Shown here piece after piece: positions 25,291 through 38,000 of a DNA stretch of 64,000 bases; position 1 is the stretch's first letter, and the number at the start of each line of letters is the position of its first letter. Below the pieces are notes generated by a model. It did no database searches. It was not told where the DNA came from and saw only the letters and a program-made list of their open reading frames with translations. The stretch is taken from contig JBHGNT010000007.1 in NCBI GenBank assembly GCA_043228905.1, positions 11,222,001 through 11,286,000 on the forward strand, written 5' to 3'. The DNA is from Azolla caroliniana. Taxonomy: Eukaryota > Plantae > Polypodiophyta. The translations under genes and the position numbers were made by a program.

Positions 25291-27547
25291 TCATTTGGAA
25301 GGCAATGTTTTGAATACCCAATCCCAAAGTGCAGACGTGATTCCAAATCCATCTGCTTGCGATTTAAAATGATGGTTCAAATGATACTTCTGCATTAATG
25401 CAAACCAGAACGCCATGTTAAGTCATGCAAAAACTAAACTAAAACTTATTTTCAAGTGTGTAATCAATCACATTTTGAAATGCTATGTTAGTTCATTTTA
25501 AAAAAACCCGAATCAAAACTTAGTTCCAAGTAACCATACACAAATCACAATGTTCATTAAATGATAGTTCAAAAAAACTGAGCTAAAACTTGGTTCCAAC
25601 TAGGTTTACTCATACTACCCCAATCATAATGATTTGTTAAACAAGTTCCAATGGTGCCTTTGTTCCAAGTTTAAAAAGATCATACCTTTAACTTGCGAGT
25701 CATTTCAAGTTCCTGTGATTTGTTAAACAAGTTCCTATGAAAAAGTGACCAAAGACTTTGTTCCGAGTTAAAAAAATTCATACCTTTAACTTGCGAGTCA
25801 TTTCATTGATTGCATTTCCATGATGTAGAAAATAATGGGTCACATCATAAATAACATAACCAAGTAGAACACCGCCAACTGCAGCTGGAAGTACTTTGTA
25901 CGGTATCAAAAGCTTTCCCACTAAAAAGAACTATGTGGTACCACACATCAGCCATAGAAAGAGCGTTATGATATATTCATTATATGGAGGATACATTAAA
26001 GGTATTTAGATAGAAGAGTTTAATTTACTGGAGTGGCCAATAAAGCTGTAGCAGCAGGTGGGAAAACAAGTCGTAAATTATCCATTGGGTGCTTATGATG
26101 ACAACCATGAAGAAGATAATGCAATGTATTTCCCCTGAAAATCTCATTCAGTTATCAATTACAAGCTACAATACCTATATACCTTAATAAAAATATACAC
26201 ATACAGATAACTTTTTATACATGTTCATCAAATAATAATGTTACATATGCAAAATAGGTGAAACGAACTTCCACATGCCTGTTTAAGTATTTGCAAGAGA
26301 GGACAGAAAGACAGAAATTAACATAGGCTAGATCACAGAAGTCATAATGTGGAGAGGAGAAAGGAATATGTCAATAAATAACTGCAATCATTACATAATC
26401 ATTCAAACACAAAAAGTTAAATAGAAATTCTGATTTTTAATCAACTACATCTGATGACAATGCCTTTTGAGCAGGCCTACAGTAAAGTCTATACTATTAT
26501 CAACATAAGTCATATATAGGAAGGCATAAAAATGCAATGTGAGAACAAAAATTTACCAGTAACTAGATGTCTTTATGTGAAAAAGAAACCGATGCAAAGA
26601 ATATTCCATTAGAGTCCATATAAAGACTCCGACAAGAATGATAGCAGCTGCCTCGGTAGGTGCAAGACCCCTCCCAATTGAGACTATTGCACTAAAAGTT
26701 ATGATAGGAAGCCAAACTAGTGGTACAACCCACCATACTGTTCGTGTTAAAAACTGTAGAAACAGTTTGCAGCAAGAAACAACAAATGATTAATGCTTGC
26801 ATCCTCTAGTTATACATCAGAAAGGCTATACTGAGTTTTTCTTTATTCCTCCAAATGCCCCTCGGTTTTCGTTATTTCTCAAAATGCCTTTGTTCAAACC
26901 CCTATTAAACATGTTCATGTACTACTAGAGCGATTATACGGTCAATTCATCCCCTTTCCCTCTTTTCTGGGAGTTGACCAGGGCATATTGGAAAATAAGG
27001 AAGATGGAGGGGGTTTTGGAGAAACAAAGGAAACTTTATAGTACTTACAAACTTTCCCCTACATATATATAGTATTTTTTGCACAAAGGTTACCTCCAAG
27101 AAGTCATTTTTAAAGAAACGCGGTGTCTTTTTTGATATAATTGGTTGATGAACCCAACTTCCGTATGCTTCTCCAAGATGGCCTACCTGAACCGTAGAAA
27201 TTAAAAGCCACACAACGAATGAGGAATACATACTGACATACCCTCAAAGTTGAAATGGCTGGTGCAAAATCATGAAATACCCCTTACTTTTCTGTAACCC
27301 ACCCACATGTCCCTAGGGTTTTGTTATTTCTCAAATGCCCCTGAATTAATTGACCATATATGTTTACAAGATATTATTGCTTTAGAGGGTTTGAACAAGA
27401 GCATTTGGTGAAATAACAAAAACAAGGGGTATTTGGAAAACTAAATAAAAAACTGGGTATTTAAGGGTTGTTTCCCAGAAATTAATATCAAACCTGAAAA
27501 ACAATAGGTTTATTTAGGTCCACAGTGAAGTCACTCTTTCCCATCAT
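25291..27547 (-). CDS. FAH1: Dihydroceramide/sphingolipid fatty acyl 2-hydroxylase (FAH1/FAH2-like), 231 aa
   Basis: Exons 27547-27494 (MMGKSDFTVDLNKPIVFQ), 27186-27094 (VGHLGEAY..WVHQPI), 26753-26557 (EYSLHRFLFH), 26134-26029 (LHGCHHKHPMD..RLVFPP), 25930-25784 (YDVTHYFLHH) and 25389-25291 (YHLNHHFK..FGITS.LWD). All GT-AG, 696 nt, His boxes intact. Not recovered as one ORF by the track. Confidence 0.95.
26820..27060. mobile_element. MITE-like insertion in the FAH intron between coding exons 2 and 3
   Basis: Homologous in inverted orientation to 27265-27476. Confidence 0.55.
27265..27476. mobile_element. MITE-like insertion in the FAH intron between coding exons 1 and 2
   Basis: The reverse complement of 27387-27460 aligns to 26829-26900 (ccaaat.cccct..gtttt.gttattt...aaatgc..ttgttcaaaccc). 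Confidence 0.55.
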
Positions 27548-29417
27548 CTTCTGTAAGATTAGACTGCAAGCTTATGCATTATATAAAACAGTATCAGAAA
27601 TGCTGTACCATAACATAATAGCTTTGATATTAGATAAGTGTACAACACTTTCCAAATTTTTTTGGATATCTACCAGAATACCAGCAGGTGTTATAAAATT
27701 ATCAGAATACTCCTCTATAATAGTAACTTTTGCACTAAAGCTGGTAGTTTTGGAACTTCGGGGTATTCTGATAAATAGTGAAATGTTACAGCTATTTTGT
27801 TGTTTCTCCCTTGATTAAAACATTGGCAGATGGTTATGCAGTAAACAAGGCCCACGTGTACTTCAAATTCTGCTGCTTTTCAGATCTAGAAATAACTTCA
27901 CATTGTTATTCACCATTTCACAATTGCCCAGAACCTATTGTTCAGACCACAGTTATTGTTTGTGCGTATATAGGAAAGGATTATGTCATTTTTCTGATCT
28001 GTTATGTGAGATAACTTGCTATGTCTTCTCTATCTCTCTCAATGCATTTTAAATAACATAAGATTATATCATTAGTCTGATCATGTGGAATGAATCTCAT
28101 GCGTCACATGAGAATGACATTCTAATCTTTCAACTATAACGTCATGCAACATAAGGTATAAGCAACAAACCATGCAATAATATATCAAACTCTCTATCTT
28201 GCATTAATAAAAAAAATACTAGTTGTATAGTATACTGGGTTTATTAATTAATCTCCACATCAAAGTCTAAATTTGTTGTTCTTCTTCTTCTTCTGTTTCC
28301 ACTTCCTCTTCTTCTTCTAATCTCACTATGCTCATTGCCTCAACCAGAAACTTGCATTTTCTGGACTCTTAGCAAATTGGAAATCAGAAGAACTTAGTCT
28401 AGTTTACTTGTGTTATAGACTGAATCTCGATATTTGTCATTTGCGAACTATATGTTTTTAAAATAATCAGCAAAATGCACCATGAAAGCATATAATAATC
28501 TTAAGTCTCCCAAATTTGGTAAAAACAGAAAGACCATCTACAAATAAAGCAAGTGAGAACTAATGTATGCCATAAATTTTCCGATTTACATAGATCTCTT
28601 AAATCTGCTTGTAGGAACCCCAAACAATATCATGGATAGAAGTTTGGAACATAATGTAGAAAAGCAATCCCAAAAATTTCATGAGATGTTTTACCAAATC
28701 GTGTATTTTGGAGACACAACACACAAAAATAAACAAGTGACAGAGTAACAAATTCCATCCTTTTCATAAAGTAATTACCAAAACACCGAAATCTTTATGG
28801 AACATATGTCAAATAATGCAGATATTTTCATGAAAAGATTTACCCATACTTCATGATAATACAAGCATCTAGAAAACTATGACTAAAAAAAGTGAAATCC
28901 TCACAAATTCCATTTTCAATTAAATAATTTCGCAAATCCAACATCTTTTCATGAGCTAATTATCAGAAAAACAAATGCCTAGAAATATTATCAGATCACA
29001 GTTTTCATTGGAATCGTTAGAAAATTTATCAGATCCCAAATTTCCATTAAAAATTATACCAAATCTAAACTTCTGATGAAATAATAGTCAAATCGAAACT
29101 TTCCCTGAAACGTTTTCCCAAAATCTAACACGGGTAGGCCTTTGTTTGAGAAAAACTGACGAAAAAGAACATCTGTGAAAGTTTAATAAATCCAAACTTC
29201 AATGTAAATCCCTGCATTTTGAGGAGACAATCCCAAAAGCCAAAACAAGCCATGTAAAGCACTAACAAAATCTACCCTGGATAAAGCCTTTCCTTTTACA
29301 AAAAATGACTAGAAACTTATAAAGAAAGTCGAAAAAACTTCACATGCCTGAAAGCATAAAGAAGAAGACGGGAAAACGTAGATATGTAAGATTCATTGAG
29401 AGCAAGTTAGAGCATAC

Positions 29418-29660
29418 CTTGAAGCTTCGGTTATGTACTTTCTCTGTGAATTATATCACAGAGAGGGAGAGAGGGAGAGAGAGACAGAAGAGACCCAGCT
29501 CGTGTCCCTCTGTTTGTGTACTGAGATATGGCTTCCTAATCTGATAGAGATAGAGGCAGAGATATGGGGGGGGGGGGGGAAGAGGAAGAGGGAGATTGGA
29601 TTCTCTTATTCTTAGGTCTGTAGTTTGCAGAAACTCCAAAACTGGGCCTACGTTTTCTTA
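29418..29660 (-). promoter_or_regulatory. Probable non-coding first exon and core promoter of the FAH gene
   Basis: Donor AAG|gtatgc at 29417, matching acceptor cttacag at 27551, CT-rich leader, and a TATA-like gatataag near 29657-29664. Confidence 0.5.
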
Positions 29661-31127
29661 TATCTACAAGTTACAACAATAGGGGGGGGGCCCTTGCCCC
29701 CTCCCCTCCCCTCCCCTCCCTTTTTGTTTGTTGTTCACTATACATCCACGCACACACACACACACTCACTCACTCACTCAGCTTTTGTGATGGTGGGTAC
29801 ATATATTTATTTATTTATTTATTTATTTATTCTTATGACGACCATGGTGGTGGTGGTGGTGGTGGTGACCATGATTTTTATGCTGTTGGTATCATCACCA
29901 TTATTATTATTATTATTATTATGCGATTTGATTCAAATTGTATGTAGATGATGATCTCGTCATTATGTACATGAAGGCTCACAAACCTATCTATCAAGAA
30001 AGAAGACGAGAAACTCTCACCTATATATATCTTTCTTTTACACAAGTTAGCATCTTCATAAGAGAGTATTTGTTGCCTACCCAAATGCATGTACGCATTA
30101 TCAAACACATACCTTGCCACTCAAATTGAAGGATGGACAAAGACAAGGACAGGAATCCAATGTACCTAACATTATTGACATATGTGACAAAGCAATAAAT
30201 TTGCTTTGCGGCCTGATTGGCTAGCTTGCATTCAAGTTGTACATGACTTAGAGTGAACTATATATAGCTCATTCGTTGAAATGTCTACCTAGTATGTAGT
30301 CTCACTCTCATGCCTTGGGAAAATGTATTCAAGAAGAAGGCTTAATGTATGGTTACACTATTACTTAATTCATTAAAGGAAAACAAGAGACATCATTACC
30401 CAAGAACACTCTTTAATTAATTAATGAAACCAACCATACTCACATATGATATATTATGGATCAATGAATTCTTATGTTTTGAGCTCAATATCTTTTGATG
30501 AGAGTCAAAGTTTATTCAAGAAAGAGAAGACACCCTAAACCCAAGCTCAAAGAAAAATTGTGAAGTAAACTTGCTTCATGATGCATCAATGGATTCCTTG
30601 GTAATTGAGATTTTTCTACAGAGCCAATATATTACCATTTGAGAAAGATGTGGTGTCTCATGTTTCGCACATTATATTATATATGTTGCACTAAACTACA
30701 AAAAGATCTTCTTCTATGAATAGGCACTACTCAAAAAAACCATCCATGGCAATTGCCATGTGATAAGTGAGGTTGGCACATTCCAAGGCCTTTGTATCTA
30801 TTGCAATGAGTCTTACCATTGCCATTTTGACTACACAAAGTACAATAATCTTTCGAAGTCATGAAACACCTCAAGTCGGCGCAATGAGGACATGTGACCT
30901 TGCTCAATATTCTCCTTCACTCACACTCCCAAATTCCCGTTTTTATGTATGTAGAATGTAGGTAAAGATAGTCGTTATGGTCCATCATTTCAAGTTTAAT
31001 AGGACTAACTTACCCCACAATGCCATACTGTAAAGAATGTATCCATTCTTAGTAATCCTCATGTCGAGGATCAATCTCGTCATCTTTGGATTGACTAAAT
31101 CAATACAAAGGAATATGTAGAAACGTG

Positions 31128-31878
31128 TGTGATAGGATGTATAAGATAATAGATAGTTATACACTATATGAGGGCTTGACCAAACCGATTAGATGGAGTT
31201 GAAAATCATAATATATTATATAGCTCTAGGTAATTATGATTAGAGAGTATAACTCAAGAAACTAAGAAAAAATATAGAGAAAGCGAGCAAGAAATAAGAA
31301 TGTTCTGATATTCCAACATCAAGAGAATACAAAGGAGACAAACTCCACATCGAACTAAAACCAAAGACCTTCCTCTTCTAAGACACTTCCTCTTCCACAA
31401 AGACACTTCTTCCTAACACTCCTCATCCACTCTTTGGCCTTCACTCTTAGCCCCTCTCCTCACTAATATCACTTCTTCTTTTATAACCTTCCTCTTCTTA
31501 TCCACGTTCATGCTATTTTTAGAAGCTTTTTATCTCCCTATTTTTAGCTATGACACATCGACCTTCTAATCGTCATATCTCCCTCATCCGATATCCAAAT
31601 TAAGCGATTTAAAAAGCTATAGAAAGCTCTTTTTACAAGCTTTCTAATCCATATTTAAACGTGATATTTGGATAAACAACGAGGGAGTTATGACCATTCT
31701 ATTTTTACTGTTTTTTATAGTCTGCGTTTTCTCTTTTTACTTTTCTCTTGGTCTCGTACTTTTACTTTTGACTTCTTCCCTAAGGTCTTAGTTCGTGTTC
31801 TTATCCTCAAAAGGTGAATTATCTATACTTTATATTCTCCTAATGTTCAATGGCTTAGATTCTAAAAACACTTTCACA
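31128..31878. mobile_element. Probable solo LTR within highly decayed retroelement sequence
   Basis: Ends tgtgatag..ctttcaca (7/8 inverted match). Imperfect flanks acgtg and gtgtg. Confidence 0.5.
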
Positions 31879-32847
31879 GTGTGCAACACCATGTACATGA
31901 TCAAGATAATGAATAATATTACGTGATGTTGGTGGCAATTGTCTAGATAATGATCTCAAATCTCTTATAAGAGCACCAAACTATCTTTGTTCACTAGGAA
32001 CTAGAATGTTTGACAATAGGAGTTGAAATCGATGAATGAAATAAGCACTATCAAAGCCCAACAAGAATTATACCAAAGATCAATTGACAAATCCGTGAAA
32101 ATGGAAGCAAATCGTTCAGTCTCAAGCTACTTAGATGCTCAATTGTTCAATATTAACCTCAAGAATCCAAGATTGGACAAAGGTTTAGAGACATGGTTTT
32201 TTTTCTCTTCATGTTTTTGTTTGAGCTTGTGGCATTGCTCTAAAATATGACCCTCCTTTTTTAGATGCACATGGAAGACTCTCTTAGAGTCGTCCAAAAG
32301 AACTCATTGGGTGTTTTGTATTTCCCAATGAATTGTGATTGATTAGGAATATAAGCCAGTGGTAGTTATGGTCCTTCCTTGAAGAATGTTCATAACGAAG
32401 TAAAATCTCAACTTCATCATCAAGATTTTGTAAGGTCTTTACTGTGCATCAGGCAATTATAGTTCAAGTTTGAATGCAATACATATAGTAAATAAACAAT
32501 TTTGGAACTATCAAAATCTAGATGGAGCTTGAAATGAAGCCCACATCTAGCAAAGCCAAGTTCTCAAAGCTTTGTTTGGTTCTTCCTTCTCATCTCTCAT
32601 ATAAATCTTCAAGGCCTTGGATAGTTCATCATGCGCTCTTCCTATTAGATAGATGCCATCAACATATGAGTCAAGTGAAACTCAAGATTTCAATTCATGT
32701 TTAAAATGTAGAAAATATGACCTGGCTGAAATGTATGAATAGGAATATGTTTCGAAATAGCTAAGTATATATGAATATGTCATAATAGGAATAACCATAG
32801 AGGTGTTAGCATGTGCCTTCTCAAATTAGAAGGATCAGAGAGAGAGA

Positions 32848-33030
32848 GATGTAGCTCAGTTGGTAAGGTTGCTCAATGGAGACCAGGTGGTCATGGGTTC
32901 AACCCCTACATTCCATAATGGCATCTAGTGAAATAGAGATATATATGAAGTATATAACAGAGAGGTGAAGAAATTGGGTTTCGAACCCAAGACACAATGC
33001 TTGTAGTGTTATTGACTTACCACTAGGGTA
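32848..33030. other. Two convergent tRNA-like (SINE-head-like) Pol III cassettes
   Basis: Plus strand: tagctcagttgg..ggttcaaccc at 32852-32906. Minus strand: ctagtggtaa..ggttcgaaacc at ~33027-32977. No complete cloverleaf. Confidence 0.55.
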
Positions 33031-33374
33031 AGGTAATTATAATAATGAAAAAAAGAGAGCGAGAGATTCATGTACCATTGTGATGTGTTGGCACATAAAT
33101 TGATAAAATTTAGGCAATCATTCTAATAGAAAAAGATGGTGCTTGAACTATGCTCAGCAAACAATATTCCAAGAATTATCTCACATTGTAGTGTTATTGA
33201 CTTACCACTAGGGTAAAGTAATTACGATAATAAAAAAGAGAGAGAGAGAGATTGATGTGCACCATTGTGATGCGTTGGCACATAAATTGATAAAATTTAG
33301 GCAATCATTCTAATAGAAAAAGATGGTGCTTGAACTATGCTCGACAAACAATATTCCAAGAATTATCTCACATT
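33001..33374. repeat. Direct tandem duplication of about 186 bp
   Basis: ttgtagtgttattgacttaccactaggg..gaattatctcaca starts at 33001 and again at 33186. Confidence 0.9.
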
Positions 33375-34426
33375 GATACTCCTCTAGACATATGAGATAA
33401 GTTTCGAGAATTCGGGTATTTTGGTAACATGGGTGTATTAAAAACAATGGGGGTGGCATAAAATTCCTTTACTTGATCTCTATTTCGAATGTTCGTGGTG
33501 GCTCCCCAAGGCTCAACTATGTTGTCTACCTAGAGGCATTGATCTCACACGCAATTTCATGAATGAAATGCAATCATTGTTTGTGTCCACAAAAATGGTT
33601 TCGGCTCTTTGATTCCCCCACTAGTAACGTGAATTGCACAATGATAGAATACAATGATACATGCATTTATTTGCCAAGAATTACTTGTTGAAAACAACAT
33701 TAGAGTATATTATTATCAGTTGTTTGTCACATACTAACTACCCATCATGACGTTATAGGTCTCTCTTTAGATGTGTAAAATGGTTGTTAAAAACCCTATA
33801 CGTAGATAAACAAGATAAGCCAAAAGCTTGTTCCCCTATTAGACCATGGTTTAAGCCCATGCAATTGTAACCTCAAATTTTGACTAAGATCAGTTTGAAA
33901 CATTTTTGACAAAACTCGAGTATTGCATTGCAATGGAGATGTAAGATAGACCGGCCAAATATGAATAGGATATTGACATATGTAAGTGAAACTATCTGAA
34001 AAAAATCAAATGGTTCACCAAGTATGTGTGTAAAGTAGTTTGCAATATATGTCCTCATAACCAAAGAATTTTGTTTTCTCAACGTTTGTGCCCAGGTTGT
34101 GGGAAGTGGACACCTCCCTTTATTCATTCCCTTAGGTTGGCCAAGTACGAATTAGGTTTGCCCTTAGATTGAATTTTTTTAGTTTTTCCAGAACGACCAA
34201 ATAACATTGCGATGACCGAACATGGGACATATAAACTAGGGAATATATCTGGTCATGCCAAAAGATGCACTAGTGAGAAATGAGAATTAATGTGTGTGTA
34301 AGGCTCTATTTTATGGTGCTTAGATGTCAAGCACATAAATTGGGAAATAGCGTGTGAAAAATAAATTAGAATATATATTTTTATAAAAATATTATGTGTA
34401 TCATCCCCCAAAAATGTGTGAACTGT

Positions 34427-35047
34427 TGTCGTGATGTTTTTTCAACGTGTAGTGTCAAAACCACCCTAGAAAGCAAATAAAATAGTAGTTCAAATAAACT
34501 AATATAGTGAAGTCAACTTTTTTCGTAACAAAAATACTTTTCTCAATTGTCAAAGAGCTTGCCTTATGAATGAAAGTTCATAAATGATGAAGGGATATAA
34601 AGTTAGAGGCAATTTTTAAAAGTAAGAAAAAAGCAAAGAAAAAAAAGTGGGGAAAAACAAGGTGCGGATATGAAGAGCTAGGTGGAGAAAAAGCTCTAAA
34701 TTTCTTCATCCAAGATCTAAATTTAAAAAGAAAAGGCTCATAAGAAAGGTAACAAAAACAACTTTCAAGAATATATTGCATGTGAAATTTGAGGTTACAA
34801 AAGAGAAATAGTGATAAAAAAAAATGCGTCACATAGACTCAAGCTTTGTTTTAGAAAAAGAAAGCAAGAATAACAAAAGGAAAACCTATAAATAAGAGTG
34901 AATTACTAACACAAAAGGGGGGGGAGAAGAAGACGTAGAAGCTCTATGGATTAGAAAGGCGAAATAAGAGGGATCACAATCAAGAAGAGTGTGAGGCTTC
35001 AACATCAAGAGGAGGCAATGAAGTTGTGAAAGTAGCATGTGGAAGCT
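34427..35047 (+). mobile_element. LTR fragment of the same family as the solo LTR at 7127-8846, interrupted by copia A
   Basis: tgtcgtgatgtttt..aaaatagtagttcaaataaacta matches the reverse complement of 8846-8760. Confidence 0.75.
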
Positions 35048-38000
35048 TGTAGACAGAACCAGCTTCACCAGATAGCAACAAAAAAAAACACAGGTTTAAT
35101 GGAGAGCTTGGAACATACAATGTACACGAGAGAGATAGAGAGAGCAGAACATCATAAACTTAATTTCAAAATTATAATCTGTATCCATAGAATGTGCTCA
35201 CTGAGCACTTTTATATAAGTCCTTAAAAGGACTTACAGAAGTATTGACAAGTACTTCAATGTTCATAGGAGCGACTAACACTAACTCTAAGAAATATGCC
35301 TACCTACTAGGCTAGGACCGTAGGTCTCTAACAGCCTATGGTTGCAATTCGAACCGGATTACGATTCGGCTCTATGATCCGGCTTCTAGTTCCGAACACC
35401 GATCCGGCTTTGGCTTATTCAATAGATCCGGATCTGCTTGAGCTTGTCCGCTCAACACCCCCCCTCAAGCTCAACTTGAGGTCGGATTGTGGTGTTAGTG
35501 TTCATTGGTCCTTTCCTCAGGCTCTTCCTGGCGTCCTCCTACCTTACTCGTGCTCCTCGTTCCGTCCGGTCCTACTTCTCATGACCCGTCCGGTTCCACG
35601 CTCCTTGACCTTCTCATTCGGCTTGTCTGCTCATAAGGCCCATCTCAGCTCCTTCGTTGCTGTGACTTCAGCGCTTCCTGATCTGCCAGTTCCTCCGTGT
35701 AAGTGTCGACTTCAATTTCCTTCTTGTCTTGGCCTTGAGTTGATTCGGCTCCTCCAAATCAAGAGCCTCCAATTCGTTCCCGCTATTGTTCGAATTGGCT
35801 CTCTCCAATTTGTCCTCAATCTTCAATCCCTTTACCACATCAGACCATGTCCAGGTCTTGGCCCTCTTCTTCTAGTCGGCTTTGTCCTTCTTGACTCTGC
35901 CGTCATCGTCGCTTGTTCCAACTTGTTCGGATTTGGCTTCATTTTCATCATTGTCTCGCCCTTTTTTGGTTGTTTCATTCTCCCCGGCTCCTTGTTCGGT
36001 GCCATTACCTCTTTTCCTTGTTGTCGTTCTCTCCTTCAAGTGCAGCATGTCGAGATGTTGTAACCCAAGAATCTCCGAAAAATGCTGCAACTTGTCCAAT
36101 CCAAATGGCTTGGTGAAGATGTAAGCAACTTGCCGATCTGTTCGAACATACTGAAGTTCGACTTCACCGCTCAGGATCCGCTGGCACACAAAATGGTAGT
36201 GCACTTCTATGTGCTTTGTGCAAGCATGAAACACAGGGCTCTTGGCCAGCTGCATGCTACTCATGTTGTCACAGTAGATCGGGATGGGAGTTAGTACTTC
36301 GATTCGGAGGTCTTGCAGCAGCTGCCGAAGCCATATGGCTTCACAAGCGACAGTAACGCCCCAATACTCAGCCTCAGTGCTTGATAGAGCCACTGTTGGC
36401 AACTTTTTGCTGCTCCACGCAACAACCACACTACCCAGAGAAAACATATGACCGAAAGTGGACTGACGATTTGACACATCATCGGCCTAATCGGCCTCGG
36501 TATAACCGACACGCTTTTTAGTTATACCATGTCGGTATTCTGTGCGCATTGAAGGTGCTCCACGGTCGGCTTTTGCATAAACTGGCTTATCATCCCCACC
36601 GAATAGCTGATATCGGGTCGAGTGATAGTAAGATAAATGAGGCTTCCGACAATTTGTTGGAACCATTTCTCGTTGCAGGTCGGTCTGGAGTCGGGACGAA
36701 GCTTCATGTTCAAGTCTAGGGGTGTGGACATTGGTCGACAGTCCGTCATGCCGAACTTGTACAACATATTCAACATATAGTGTCGATGTGAAAGCAATAT
36801 GCCGTCAGGGGTATGGATCACCTCGATCCCGAGGAAATAATGAAGGTCCCCCGGGTCCTTCATTTCAAATGCATCCGATAGTAGGAACTTCATTTGACCG
36901 ATTTCAACGAGTCCGGGTCCGGTGATAACTAGATCGTCCACATATAGCAGGATACATACCGAACCTTCCAGACCTTTTCGGATGAATAGTGAAGAGTCTA
37001 ACTTTGAGGTCACAAACCCCATCTTATGCAATCGGTGCATGATCTTCGAATTCCAAGAATGGGGTGCTTGCTTCGGGCAGTAAAGCGACTTCTTGAGTCA
37101 GCACACTGGCGACTTATTCATCTTCGACTGAAAACTGGGGGGCTGGATCATGTAGACCTATTCTTCAAGATCACCTTGAAGGAACGCATTTTTCACATTG
37201 TTGTGTGGAATTTCGACTGTTGGGGACAAGGCCGTCAATGCGGAAGTGCAAGCAACATTCGTGATGAAGAAGAACCTGTGTATGCATGAGCAAGATAGAC
37301 ATAGAGGGAGAGAGAGGGAGAGAGAGGCACAAAGGAAACGTTATATTCCAAATAGCAACTGTTACAAATGACAACCAACCTTCACTAAAGGTTACAAAGT
37401 CACTTTATATAGTGACTATCCTAGGGCAACTGCCCTTTATGCTATTTACAGAAATAGCTCGAACTTGGGCTGTCCAAAGGGACAGTGTGAATACGGCCGT
37501 TATACACTTGTATTCGACACTCCCCCGTAATGGGCGTATACATGGGCTATCTTAAAGAATTACAGGTATATATACAAGGTTTATCAGACATATCGGTTTT
37601 GTTAGAGTCGGCAAGATCCGAAGACGGAAGACTGAATCAGTCGGGTTGGAAGAGTTAAAGCTGATCCTCAGAGAACCGATGTTGGTGGTCCGAAACCATC
37701 CTGTGCTATGTGTCCAACTTTAACCAGACCGATTTTTTGTTACGCCCATTTGGTGCCGAAGGGACCGGAAGCGATCCGCCGAAAGACACTTGGTCATTCC
37801 ATCTACGACATTATCGGTTGTGGATATCTTCTTGAGACCGATTTTCCTTGAAATGACGCAGTCCCGAACGAAGTGATATTGAACGTTGATATGCTTAGAG
37901 ACGTTGTGGTGAACCGGATTTTTTGACAAAGCAACAACACCATGACTGTCGCTGTAGACAACTGGAGCCGAGTCGGAGTTGACCTACCGAAACGTGTGCG

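Noticed and set aside
30150-32700. Possible host gene upstream of FAH
   Set aside because: Only short ORFs and what looks like heavily decayed retroelement sequence; no consistent exon chain found.
32848-32915. Functional tRNA gene
   Set aside because: A and B boxes are present, but acceptor and anticodon stems do not pair convincingly.
35338-36063. 241-aa plus-strand ORF
   Set aside because: Antisense shadow of the purine-rich copia tail, with no recognisable domain.
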